64,000 bases of DNA from Caecitellus pseudoparvulus. Lineage: Eukaryota > Protista > Bigyra: Bicosoecida. Numbering within the stretch: position 1 is the first letter of the stretch; every line of letters begins with the position of its first letter. Positions 44,601 through 52,304 of the stretch are shown here, piece by piece. The stretch covers positions 248,001-312,000 of the forward strand of contig CBFFRQ010000057.1 in NCBI GenBank assembly GCA_965644315.1, written 5' to 3'. The notes beneath the pieces are model-generated. The model saw nothing but the letters and a program-made list of their open reading frames with translations. It had not been told where the DNA came from and did not search any database. A program made the translations under genes and the position numbers.

Positions 44601-47600
44601 GGGCCTCTCGAGGCAGCATCACCTCCCGGAGTGCGCTCAAGTTTGCCGCCAAGAAAACGGGAAACAGTATGCGAGACCTCATGTCAGCAGCCAGCACTGC
44701 CCTGCGCAAGGCAAGTTTCGGGTCAGTGAGCAGCCGCAGGTCGGATGCTACCCACACCGGGCGCTTCAGCGGAGAGGACGGTGATTCTGACCGTAGCAAT
44801 GTGTCCTCTGATGAGGAAGACGAAGTGGAGCGACAGATTCGCGAGGCAGAGGAGGCCAGGGCCGGGAAGACGAGCAAGTTCGGCTCAAGGTACGAAGCCG
44901 GGTCCGACACGGCCGCCTCCTCCCGCAGCGTCGCCTCTGAGGCATCATCTGCTAGCAGCCAGCGCAGTCACAGCGGCAGTGCGTACTCAGGCCCCCGCGA
45001 TGGGGCAGGAGTCGTGAGGCAAGTTGTGCCTGCGACACCAGAAGAGTTCCAGCACATGAAGTCTGCCAAGGTGCTGAGTGTAACCGAGGCGCAGATTCGG
45101 CGCCAAGCCATCATGCAGCGCCTGCGCGCAGTGTCAGGGAAGGTCGCGACGAACCGCATGCGCGATGCTTTGTCGCCGGTGGTGGGCAAGCGAGCACACC
45201 ATCCCGAGCTGCACATGCTCACCGGCCGGTCTACGGCCGGTGCAGAGGCCGCAGCCCTGGGCTCCGCTGGTCAAGATACAGCTGCGCTGAGCTCTCAAGG
45301 AGGCGGAGACAGCAAGGCGGGGCCGGGGCAGGCGGCGCACGCCAGTACAGGTGGGCCGACGCGGCGCAACGCCCGGCGCATCACTACTGACGTGACCTAC
45401 TCGGCAGAGGCAGCAGCGGAGCTAGGTCTCGTGCGCGGGCTGCAGACGACGGACCCCATCCGTCTTGCACAGATCGTGCGCCTGCAGGAGGCGCAGTCTG
45501 ACCCCCTCATCCACAAGTTGGCAGTTGGGCACTCAGCAGCTCGCAACACAGATGTGACGCCCGGCGCTGCCGCCGCCCTGCAAACTGCTAGCAAGTACCA
45601 GAATGTGTCACGGTACATTGTGTCCATCCATTTGGATAAAGTGTGGCAGCTGCGCGGAGTTTCTGAAGGCACACCATTGCGGGTCGTCCTGAAGCTGGAT
45701 AGCCAGGCGGAGAAGGTGGCCTTCACGTACCGGCCCAATGTGGACATGCGCATCCGGGAGATGCGCCTGCCTGTGTTCAACCCCGACACGGACTCTGTCA
45801 TCGGCACGCTTTACGCGGCTCAGAACTTCGTACCTGGCGCAGTCGCACACAAGGTGGCGGAGGATGTCGTGGGGCACTTCACATTCAATGTTAGCGAGCT
45901 GCCCAACCCTCTCGACAACCCTGAGCGCATTCAGATGCAATTCGGGCTGATGGCCTTCGACGGCGCCATTGCGGGGTACATCTCCTTCCTCATGAAGGCG
46001 CAGCATCGTGGTGCCGTGGTGGACGACTGGACAGATATGCGCATGGGTGCACGACACTATGGCATGGTGCCGGAGCCATCAGAGGAGGCGCGCGCTGCCG
46101 CTCGCCGGGCGGGCCTGCGGGCCTCCCGGGCAGGTGGCAAGTCGGGAGCTGCCATCGCGGCCAGCGATGCAGCCGCCCACGCACACTTGGGGCGCTATGT
46201 GGTGCAAGATGACGGCGATGTTGCCTTTGCAGTGGGGCTGGATGAAGATGGTGCGGACAAGCGTCTAAGCTGGCTGCCCGGCTCAAGTGGCGATGGCGCC
46301 GGAGGAAAGGACGATTTGGATGGGCCAGTGCTGCGTACAAAGGGTCGCAGCAGCTCTGTGCAGCGGCTGGCGAGCAACCCCATGCTTGCTGCCCGAGCAT
46401 CCACTGCTTCTGTGGCACCGCCCAGTGCGATTGTGCCGCCAGCGCGATCTGCCGTGGACAGCTCAACAGCCACCATGCTCGCAGCTGCAAGTGCCGGGTC
46501 CATGGGCAACACAACCAAGGGTCGCGCGGCCAATACCGTCATCGCGACGTCCCACCGCAGCCTGCTGGCTGCGCGCCAACGCCACAGCATGCTAGAAGGT
46601 GAGAAAGGCGGGGGGGGCAGCCGGCGTGCCTCGCGGCGTCGCCCCAGTCTCGCAAAGGAGGCCAACCAAGCCAGCCTCAGAGGCATGCTCGGACTGTATG
46701 CCAAGGCAGAAGTCGAGGAGTTTGGCACGGAGGATGGCGGGACTGACCTGCAGCCCTTTGAAGAGCGTGGGCGGGCCGGATCAGCGTTCTCCGTGTCGAG
46801 CAATCCCTTACAGGGAGGGCGAAAGTCGCAGTCTAGCGCCCCTGCAAACCCTGCACCCAATAGGGCATCAGACACTTTGCCGCAACCCGCCACGGTCCTG
46901 GAGGCTGCCTCACGTAGTGCGCCACAAGGGAAGCAGGCTCCGCGGCATCCCGAGTTGGCCCCCAGCCTTCCAGCGGACATGCCCAGCAGCGGTGGGCTGA
47001 ATCCCCTTGCCATGCTGAATGTTTTTGCGCCAAGCCGCCGGGACAGCGCCTCGGCACGCAGGCAGTTCGGCCTTGGCCAACGTGCCAGCGCCAAGGCAGC
47101 TGGCACCAGCGCCCACGACGGACGCAGTAGGACACGCCGGACACAGGGGACTGCAAAGGGAAGTGCAGTTGCTGCAGGTGGCCCAGGGTACACAAGTGGC
47201 GCGGCCCTACACCGCATGCGAGGGGAAACGGCCGAGCAGGCCGAGCAGGCTGTTGGGATGGATGTTGCGCTCGCCTCTGCGTTAGCCAGTGGCGTGGATG
47301 AGTCGGGCGGGCTGTTTGGCTCCAGCCAGGTGGATGTGTCAAGTGCCACAAAGCCTCCGCGGGTGCGAGGAGGAAGCGTGCACTGCAACCCACTGCAAGG
47401 GAAGCGCCCGGGAGGGGCTCAAGGTGCTCGGTCTACCACACGAGCTGGCCGCGGGCTTGCCGCCAAACGGGATGCCGCTTCTACCCGCTCCCCAGAAGAA
47501 GGAGGAGCACCCTCAGACGCCGTTGATGAAGCGAGCGTGGGGGTGGAGCTCGATCGCCTCGGGCGCAGCAGTCTAAATCCCCTGCGAGCGGCGGCATTGG

Positions 47601-47692
47601 GAGGCGGAGTCTCCTCTGCATCCCCACGCAGCACGAGCAGGTCCACCTTGAGGCGCGCTCGACGCAGTGCCACTCCATCCAGTACAACTTAG
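32678..47692 (+). CDS. Giant cadherin receptor: signal peptide, ~16 cadherin repeats, ~8 IPT/TIG domains, Cys-rich region, 9 TM helices, cytoplasmic C2-like domain (~5000 aa)
   Basis: Single uninterrupted ORF starting MGRLFRRCMLLALAALAACSPLAQA. Repeated xEN...ATDPD...LDFE...DVNE Ca2+-binding motifs; GGxxVxIxGxNFG IPT starts; CPTGFFG/CEPAEAC Cys-rich segment; nine hydrophobic helices at about 42245-44220. Confidence 0.92.
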   Translation: MGRLFRRCMLLALAALAACSPLAQAWEAGVCPPGTSQAEAVSENDGAATIDLTLNWADISRNAFFRLGNLSDHSFRINPATNTSTVLLAALDFETTATYQIPLQGCAFTNGTDCVAVCMEVSVTDVNERPHSITPATTVHQIAENSNDDTVVITLGATDPDGGSAPASWRNFVYTLGGAGSAPFKIVGNQVQVNTSSLLDFESQVDWAITVTVANSFSTPTPHTVRSYTVRLTDVNERPHSITPATTVHQIPENSPTNTVAITLGATDPDGGSAPANWRNFVYTLGGAGSGPFVIVGNEVRVNTPASLDFESQQDWAITVTVANSFSTPTPHTVRSYTVRLTDVNERPHSITPATTVHQIPENSNDDTVVITLGATDPDGGSAPASWRNFVYTLGGAGSAPFKIVDDEVQVNTSSLLDFESQVDWAITVTVANSFSTPTPHTVRSYTVRLTDVNERPHSITPATTVHQIAENSNDDSVVITLGATDPDGGSAPASWRNFVYTLGGAGSAPFKIVDDEVRVNTSSLLDFESQVDWAITVTVANSFSTPTPHTVRSYTVRLTDVNERPVFSPSPSASLDVDEHPDVGFSLGSFPAVDPDATGSSISYSLSVVPAPLAGRLVINSTGHVLVSGALDYEQLTASQLAVLTFDVTVTATETSGGLSSSHEFSLEVVDVNEAVLTTSPLTIAVAEGSTGSLGPVLSTGDVDHQGPNRPFADHEYSYWTASPEDIFDVSSGGQISLRAPFTLDFERFSQYFLELRVADLNGAPGGFSSNFTVQVNVSDVDEPPHQYGVASGQPVIPEDATIGAFVFQAVAVDPEGFSPLSYSMVGGTCGGDLTVNSTGNVTVASALSFSASSLNCTLVIRADDASLFSTHTYQVSVTDVDQAPTLQPASYEVDENTANGTIMLQSSPGSGDVSPQYDDPDLAMHGQAGDTALYTLTQPRQDVDPMGGFLFRADPLTGGLRTNTGLLNYEQFWPTAGSVNVTMRVSDRAGLTGTTTVTIYIRDQQDAPTFNQSTYLYLVQENPMPGTVLGQNTTAEPVDASDEDAGQTGLLEFSIAAVEPAAGTSFFAMHPQTGEINVTLAGSTGIDLESYASFNISVRVRDPDGLEDSATVRAFVGDLPEPPTYPPYAFVVDENSPVGTPVGVAAASDEDAGTVLTYAIVDGNAEDLFRVDSATGAISVKNDNVTSPALFLNFERRQAYNLTLRVTDNTALAVDTYVSISVIDRNDYPVYTSAFDFSVLEHSPLSQDLFSLVGSDEDDEDVLSFAISSGNDVAGLGDAFQVVVASNRSVTVQPARDLNYEDGQPRWYFLEIRITDDDGGGKGPGPFQSTVWVNVTIVNIQDRPVLPAATLSLAENAPPGSFVGQVLGTDEDIPEQGQTLSYSFTSLSDPAGLQRLAIDPVTAVISVLPSVDARDESRSGLNFELNSTIRMHVVVWDDDPIMPLNASAVITVELTDVNERPMVLVVDQFMAERSPPGTLAADNETAVYSLMDPSVALGASPVTLQQMLALGRNLSLVDPDTQDPGQSLKVSAALLFSEGTLLGGGLAALPNTSFANDVSYETVLYGSQAYSSEPFSRLAGLWGSPSCFSGLGTACGNNTAARGLLTSSLEPQVVFNLSGTNEDGFGISLFRGELDFEARNLYQFAVFVEDEGGALGSGVQNTTFIYNLHVVNINEPATLQVHGTPSASENSQVGVCLNDFSLLPVDPDDQLLIGEIRSADLGAELFFTLKEANSTLRADGSRDSIELCVSRLGLPTGQQTVEVRMFDPSDGSKSSVWRLIVITVNDVNDRPELRPPYVAAIDEQSPVGTPVLHVIADDNDVYQNLNFVVEGDLVEYFSFEPVVTPLRSLNCTNAMQLSQPYNCTPPEVVAYYTAVNGGPFLNRSANLVVALDALDYEAMQAAPFFGQYSVAFRVTDVPFITRDGIYFEDEEEPELSRQGLITVSLQDIFDPPSISSVTAFTPFGLTTAGGESVTITGNNFGPARLAHPALAASTHNGPVVAAQYTSEALQTSFNTSRCEVVVAYTSIQCFSQPGFGAGYAWRVFLGGGTPYRAGVIVQVSEYSLNTTRYAAPNVVRFLGPGHDQADSSGGQLVIVEGSQFGTVAANRVDRVTYGPLGVEYEAKNCRVVVDHSVIHCTSAAGVGAGLRWVVNIAGLTSQTPTTNYAPPTISSVQMPNGSLPSTEGGAVVRIIGENFGAVDEFPPAVDSVRYGYPDHRTVVVTGTGNGTRRLLGTEEWEGGEPGWDRELFSSISTSTAATSSTLSATDSRQVPLLASPYAVQPSTVLRSDAFTATDCLVVVNHTVIECTLAAGAGADLHVQVSIRGQPSAVSNVTVRYAPPRIDSIFLPTEDGDELLRGSTRGGSRLTLQGENFGRPQDNPRVFFGVKHFDPVTGLLHSQPVRRQLPSSSVSPSLHSELRFDFPGGHGDSVDVWLKVKGQVSQPITTFGFEPPKINSLERLGGALADLPIRLKLIGQHFGACCFQLRQRLEAGAAPAAIAALQDTCACLPGEVESIQLEHWPAEGGAVQIVPCNITSYAETEVECNTTVISGNLTITVGGQVSDPYVYRFSDLLTVPIIEQVSVYSDGAYRDVETTAAPRPTSGLDVQGARVPVQIKGRNFGLSPGIVHFMYYHPADPAGSEPPHFVVAQPYLASGNWWTDTIVRVLLPEGQGRPVIKVFFPDAQNTFALYDKFQYTAPNITSVAYASGPSNGYLWLTHRYASRHPITGVAVDAPLLTIRGTNLGKPLELSPSDALLPGGESAGVQYQGGQLLDMAPSPTGEAASVSNVRLESVITVGGKQCLVKLWTHSIIQCAAPPGVGVDLPITLWMHRRFTESASDFTQRMFTVNVPGAYSYDPPSDLKLSCSSNPATVDTCSTHGPTQGGMPLFVHGRSFGPPGNPSTLISIDGTAPQVVQRLSHNLIRFETPPGEGRDLAMMVSVEGQSAAADIFHYDPPVIECISNETHCVPPASTTLLNAMDTLITINGRNFGLDGTKAGAQQDDIFVNGLRCAPSGQESVFVRPTQLQCRVRDLTVGNKSLTIQVAGQQVSYSQQEQVIRAVCPTGFFGSIPQVDQCTACPQCRSEACEGLQERASICSGGLDPPVAAPGYWRLDLQDSSLDLALFDINVTADGSSASRWQFTRCEPAEACLEGNTCAYGYTQAACSVCLPQKYQRNLISGVCEPCPDNAGLYTLGIILLAVVLGAILYKLYKKGPSVAALGIAVDYLQILSVFGSLNLQWPASVQFVFQMASASAASVETASPECSVELGYIRKWFLFMGLPAGTIAIFLVLHCLIVFAKSTFLKKKGSDRHNLYQHVPGMIGFVFMMLSFMYISLTAKAFEALECKEVGGVLVLAVDSEVLCKSASYANLRSWAFAAVFAYGLGIPALFALIIFRTAARMKADQALRIQNLSGSRETNPFYDFQKRYKRLYFKFKPTYYYWILVILARKFMIVVIAAQMKARPMMAATTTVVVLFAACIAQLTNMPYRQHETQSKEEAVKTGALGSDIPPALLALIRQKQLSAATERAAAGRHPAGAAPGSKASKLLGAGTGDLAAIKLPAAGGALPRAGKRSSKGVAVHGRGVDLKHLASDGSVLWANDPRLMQQAVGGRAGAGSGTDLSGGTPPSRPTAGSVWFRASVVGGMRKPMRASVAPGAFGRRVPRKGSKAGVSQTPTGKATSPAAAASCCGACTRCGAVRKPQEEAATLGRGGSLRDIRRRSAHVPKHATTTDPKRGCCMRGLCAMWSWVMSFGTASNAKDGLQLREESRKGGKVKVKVKYLFNYNLLEATFLVCAVFVLLSGVMFRTADSSGELDNPAERVAMEVGVMVIIVGSTVICLTTVLAELALGMQYTLWAGQLRRKREKEYKRQKRLEKSLLGKAKVPACAVWCTTWCGCCPTRMKQHPLCRPCFRLPFDPRVTAAAVQENPLSVAHGKQAAGAAGDVARRRRNSIKIMLGMKDSQALPSTSVEVERTRASRGSITSRSALKFAAKKTGNSMRDLMSAASTALRKASFGSVSSRRSDATHTGRFSGEDGDSDRSNVSSDEEDEVERQIREAEEARAGKTSKFGSRYEAGSDTAASSRSVASEASSASSQRSHSGSAYSGPRDGAGVVRQVVPATPEEFQHMKSAKVLSVTEAQIRRQAIMQRLRAVSGKVATNRMRDALSPVVGKRAHHPELHMLTGRSTAGAEAAALGSAGQDTAALSSQGGGDSKAGPGQAAHASTGGPTRRNARRITTDVTYSAEAAAELGLVRGLQTTDPIRLAQIVRLQEAQSDPLIHKLAVGHSAARNTDVTPGAAAALQTASKYQNVSRYIVSIHLDKVWQLRGVSEGTPLRVVLKLDSQAEKVAFTYRPNVDMRIREMRLPVFNPDTDSVIGTLYAAQNFVPGAVAHKVAEDVVGHFTFNVSELPNPLDNPERIQMQFGLMAFDGAIAGYISFLMKAQHRGAVVDDWTDMRMGARHYGMVPEPSEEARAAARRAGLRASRAGGKSGAAIAASDAAAHAHLGRYVVQDDGDVAFAVGLDEDGADKRLSWLPGSSGDGAGGKDDLDGPVLRTKGRSSSVQRLASNPMLAARASTASVAPPSAIVPPARSAVDSSTATMLAAASAGSMGNTTKGRAANTVIATSHRSLLAARQRHSMLEGEKGGGGSRRASRRRPSLAKEANQASLRGMLGLYAKAEVEEFGTEDGGTDLQPFEERGRAGSAFSVSSNPLQGGRKSQSSAPANPAPNRASDTLPQPATVLEAASRSAPQGKQAPRHPELAPSLPADMPSSGGLNPLAMLNVFAPSRRDSASARRQFGLGQRASAKAAGTSAHDGRSRTRRTQGTAKGSAVAAGGPGYTSGAALHRMRGETAEQAEQAVGMDVALASALASGVDESGGLFGSSQVDVSSATKPPRVRGGSVHCNPLQGKRPGGAQGARSTTRAGRGLAAKRDAASTRSPEEGGAPSDAVDEASVGVELDRLGRSSLNPLRAAALGGGVSSASPRSTSRSTLRRARRSATPSSTT
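33047..34374 (+). repeat. Coding tandem repeat: 4 x 327 bp (109-aa cadherin domain)
   Basis: Units start at 33047, 33374, 33701 and 34028, with a partial fifth at 34355 (acrgatgtkaacgagcggccg). Near-identical in DNA; unit 2 is the most diverged. Confidence 0.97.
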
Positions 47693-47800
47693 CTGTCGAA
47701 CAGGGACTCTGACTTGCGCAACAACACTTGCACACGATACTTTTCTTACTCCAAGGGCCTGTTGTCCTGGAGGTAGCTTTGCAATGCATTTGTTTTCACG

Positions 47801-50204
47801 CTACACAGGCACCTCATCCACCTTCAAGTCAGGAACCGCGTCCCCGGACAGATTCTTGCCAGAGGGAACTGGGCCTCCAATGGCGACGGACTGGCGCATG
47901 ATGTGGACACACAACATGCCACCAACAAATGCCGTCCAACCAGGGGTTTGTTCGAGGTGCTGGGAAACAGCTGTTGGTAACGTCTTGGCCTGCTGAGCTG
48001 CTGCCACAGCTGCTGCTGCGGCCATCGCATGCCCAACAAAGCCAACCGTGTGGGAGGGGCTTCCCGCATACATGTTGCCTAGGTCGCTGGGCAAGCACTG
48101 CGCCTTGGCCATGCGAACAAGCCAGGATGGCAGCCCCCCCTGCACAAGAACAGCGTCTTTCCCCTCGTCCGAGCCTTGCATGACAACAGCCTCCAGTGCT
48201 GAGAAGACTGTGCGATGCAAAAGGGAGGCCCAAGGAAACGCCTCGACACACTGCAACAGAACAGTGCAGGACACCCCCATGCTCTCCCCGGTGCCCTGCC
48301 ACTGGCACAGCAGGAGCCCCGCGACAATTTCAGCGACTGCCGCAGCGCACTGCCCCAAGCGGGGAAGGTGGTGTGCCTCACCAACCACCCTGCGGCCGCT
48401 GATCAACGACACCGGAGCTGCCACTGCCGACTGCCCAGCCGGCGCAGGTGGCAGCGTGGAAGCAGCATGTTCGGCCTCCGTTGCAGCGGCTGTCAGAAAC
48501 TCGGTCATGAGCGGCAGCAGGTCCAGCAACATGTCCACAAGGGGTGGGGGCGGTAAAGCTGCCACCTGGGAGGGCGCACCTGACCCGAGCACCCCACCTA
48601 CAGTCCTGGCCGCCAGGCGGACCAAGCCCGACAAGGCTTGCAAGATAGCTGTGCCATGCCTCCATGGAGCGGCAACGGAGGCGGCATCCAGGCCAACGAG
48701 CCCCAGGGCCGTAGTGACGGTGCCTGGGGACAGCTGAGGGGCTTTCAGAGCAGACACGCGACCTGCACACACCTCTGAGAGCGTGGCCTGCGGCGCCTCC
48801 GCTCCTTGCGACGAGTGGCCTAGAATGCAGCGTACCAGCGCACGTGCCAGGGCCTGCACAGGCCCGTCCGACCACTGCAAATGTCGGAGTAAGTGCCCAG
48901 CAACAGTGGGGATGCACCCGCCACTGGCGACCTCCACCCCAGGCGCGTAGAACCCGGCATCCAGGACAGACGCCGCGTGCGCTCTCACGCCAACGGGCAC
49001 GAGGCCAGCGAAGGGCAGCGCTGTCTCCTTCTCCGTCGTGCTGCCCAGCGGCGTTGGCCCGGCGGAGCCCGCGTCACCTCCGAAATGGCGGTGGGGCACA
49101 ACCACTGCTTGCTGCAGCAGCTCGTCCACCAGCACTGCCGCAGTGTCTGCTGAACGGCGGGCAGCTTCTTGCACCGCCTGCTCTACTGCTGCCTGCGGCA
49201 ATCTGCTGGCCGTCGCTTTGGCAATGCAAGCCATGGACGTAAATCCCAGCTCGGCACAATGTGCCTGCACCGCTCCCAGGTGGGCGACTGCCGAGGAGCC
49301 GGGCCCGGCACCTCCTAAGCAAGTAGTCACAAAGTGCACCAGGGGGAGTGTGCCTGCCTTGCGCACGTCAGCTTCTGTCAGCCCCAGCCCTGCCACGGGG
49401 AGCGATGCTGCCGGCCAGGGCAGGGAGGTCAAGAGCTGCAGCAGACGGGTCACAGCTTGAACATCAGCGTGCAACAGGATGCGCCGCACGAGAGGAATGG
49501 GTGCTGTCGTCACAGCTGCAATCGTTTGCAGCGTGTGGCTCTTGCAGAGGGCCTCGAGCACCTGAGCTGCGTAGGAAACGCGGTACTCCTGAGCTGGAGC
49601 CCCGGGTGGCAGCACGCAGAATAACCGGTGAACGTGCCGCATGGGGGGGACCTTCCCTGTCTCCAAAGCCTCTTGTGCTTCTTCGGGTGATGTGTATCCG
49701 TGTCCCGGCCCCGGAGGCAAAGTTGCGCTGCCCTGCAGCAAGGTCCGTGTCACAGCAGGGTTCCCGCATTTGAACAGCTCACACGCGATGTACGGAAAGC
49801 GGTAGCTCAACTGCTCGCTCTCCTGCATATCCCAAGGCTGGTCCACGATGAGCTGCACCAGTGCTGCTACCTGTTCATCTTGAGCCAAGCTGGGCGGCGG
49901 GCACGTGCGTGGTGGGGGGCCATTGCCCAGCGATCAGCTGGAGCACATCGCACGCACAAGTCAACCAGCGCTTGGTTGTATCCACGAAGGTCTTGGACGA
50001 CATCCTCTTGTGTTAAAATATCATGAAGCGTGAACCCCTCCTGCTCCATGGCCGTCTCAACCCCTCTGCACAAGAGCATTGGCCCAGTGTGGCTGCACAA
50101 GTGCCATGCGGAAATCGCAGGCCTGCCTCGCACGATTTGGTGAAGAGGCTGTCCGCGCCCATCTCGAAGGCCCCGCCCCCTGCCCCAAAGTCGAAAAAGT
50201 CCAT
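47801..50204 (-). CDS. PPP6R: SAPS-domain PP6/Sit4 phosphatase regulatory subunit
   Basis: Two 5' introns (50066-50133 and about 49890-49957) give FTLHDILTQEDVVQDLRGYNQALVDFLAQ...LVQLIV...YRFPYIACELF. Later motifs RLG, FPWASLLH and GFVGH. Confidence 0.85.
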
Positions 50205-50648
50205 TTCACACGCTTGCACGCATCAATCGCTCCCTTGGGCCCAACTCTTCACAGCTCGCAAGGGCTTACTGGGCCAGGCAATTCCTCCCGTTGCCAAGCC
50301 ACCTCGACGCCAGCATGCAGGAGCGATGGCGAGTAGCCAGTGGAGTTCGGTGGGCGTGAGTGGGGGTGAGATGTACGGTGGAGGGTTTTGTTCGTTGACT
50401 CGCGCTGCTGCCCTTCCCATCTATTCAGAAGACAGCGATAGCAACGCCTTGCCCACTTGCTTGGCGTGTGTCTGCACATCGACCCTGACTGCGCCGCCCA
50501 GGCCCTGTAAAGACTATCGCAGTGGCAGAAGGGTGCATTTCCAAACACCGTGCACTTTCCACCTACCTGCAACTCCGCCGAAACCCATCTCTTTGGCTTG
50601 CCCCCGCACGCTCCGTTGAGCCAGAGGTAGAGGCGCCTGAACACCACC
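50205..50648. promoter_or_regulatory. Putative bidirectional promoter (SAPS / NHP2)
   Basis: 444-bp spacer between divergent starts. Confidence 0.45.
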
Positions 50649-51320
50649 ATGGCTGCAGCAGAGACGCCCAGCAAGGGCTCCAAGGCCAGCTTCGTCTGCG
50701 CCATTGCCACTCCCATGGCAGACAAGAAACAGACCAAGCGCATTTACAAGGCAGTCGGCAAGGGTGAGCCACTGCAGCGTGCGGCAGAGTTGGGAGTGGA
50801 ACTGCACTGCACCATTCCCATTCCCACATCGCAGCTGTTCCCGCCAAGGCCCTGCGCCGGGGAGTGAAGGAAGTGCAGAAGGCCCTGCGAAAGGGTGAAA
50901 CTGGGTGTGTGCTCCCGCTGACTGCCGTTCGCCAGGGAAAGAGGCTCGACAAGGCCCGCAGACAAGAGCCGAGACAAGCACTCATTTTCCGCACGCATCG
51001 CTGCTTTGCCGCGCAGCCTTGTCGTCATCGCGGCCGACATCAGCCCTCTGGATGTGATTTCTCACCTTCCAGTTTACTGTGAGGAGCAGGGCGTGCCGTA
51101 CATGTTCGTCAAGTCCAAGGTGCGTGTGTGCTCATCAAGCCGCCCGGCTCGGCACTCGCTCATCCTTCACCCCGCTTGACAACAGGCTGAGCTGGGAGAG
51201 AGTGCGAACACCAAGCGCCCCACCTCGTGTGTGCTCATCAACACCCAGAAGCCGTGGGAGGGCCGCTCCAAGGCAGACGAAGTTATTGAGGACGCCAAGA
51301 AGCTCATCCCTGGTCTCTGA
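50649..51320 (+). CDS. NHP2: H/ACA snoRNP subunit NHP2 (L7Ae family)
   Basis: Three introns join AIATPMADKKQTKRIYK..|..LRRGVKEVQKALRKGETG|LVVIAADISPLDVISHLPVYCEE...SK|AELGESANTKRPTSCVLI. TGA at 51318-51320. Confidence 0.95.
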
Positions 51321-51480
51321 TGTGCTATGCCGGCGTCCACGCCAAGCGCAGTCGGAACCTGCTCGCTCCGAGGCAGCTGTAGGGGCAGAGGAAAACGGCA
51401 CAGGAGACCCTCCTACCTGTAAACAGCGCGTTGCCCCCCTCCGTGACGGTGCTGGTGAATGCATTCTTCGCCATGGACGG

Positions 51481-51946
51481 TCAGCGAAGTGCTGTCGCAA
51501 AAGCAACCGCAGCACCAGCCGCTGAGTCATGAGAAACTGACACGAGAACTTGCGTTATACCCGCCTCTTGCACCATCTCGGCTGTCTCGTTGAACAGCTG
51601 CACGGATAGGGGTCCTGCATGGCTGGACACGAGGATATCTGGGAACTGCAGCCTGCCAGCGCCACAGGCCTTGAAAATTGCCTCTTTAGCCGCCCACCTG
51701 CACAGTACACACCGCAAAAAATGGAGGGAGATGTCTGTGTCGATAGTGCTCAACCTCTTCACGCCGCACGTACCGCCCTGCAAGGAACTCCGCAGCTCGG
51801 CCTTGGCAGGTCAGGCGTTTCGCCTGAAACGCAAGCTGCTCCTCAGGGTGGAAAGCTCGTCGAAGGAACCGGTCACCGAATCTGTTGACACAGTCATGAA
51901 TGCGTTTCACGCTTACAATGTCCACACCGATGCCATGGATGTGCAT
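51481..51946 (-). CDS. acpS: AcpS-type 4'-phosphopantetheinyl transferase (holo-ACP synthase)
   Basis: GIGVDIV, FLAGR|WAAKEAIFKA (intron 51698-51773) and VSVSHD. Confidence 0.93.
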
Positions 51947-52304
51947 GGCAAGACGTGCGCCGTCATCAGCCAACTTGCCGGCAGTGGCCCTTGACTTGCC
52001 TCTCGCTGAGATGCTCGCTGAAGTTTGCCTCACTGGATGCCGTGCATCTGCGGCAAAACCCCCATAAAATTATGCCAGAGTGGTGAGGGGGCTACTCTTT
52101 TTTGTGTGAGAGCTAAATTGCGAGCATAAGTCCTGTGTGTGCATCCAAAAAAACGAATAGTTTTGCAGTGGTCACTGGGGTTGCCACGACCACGGGTGTG
52201 CGAGCCTTTGCTGTAAGACAACGCACCAACGTGGTCGTTGATGCTTGTAGGTGGGTTTGCCCACTGGGCACGAGCACACGTGCTGTCAAGGACTGTGCAT
52301 TTAC

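Noticed and set aside
51947-52304. AT-richer spacer as a possible snRNA/tRNA locus
   Set aside because: No recognisable snRNA, tRNA or 5S sequence; consistent with a 3' UTR plus promoter.
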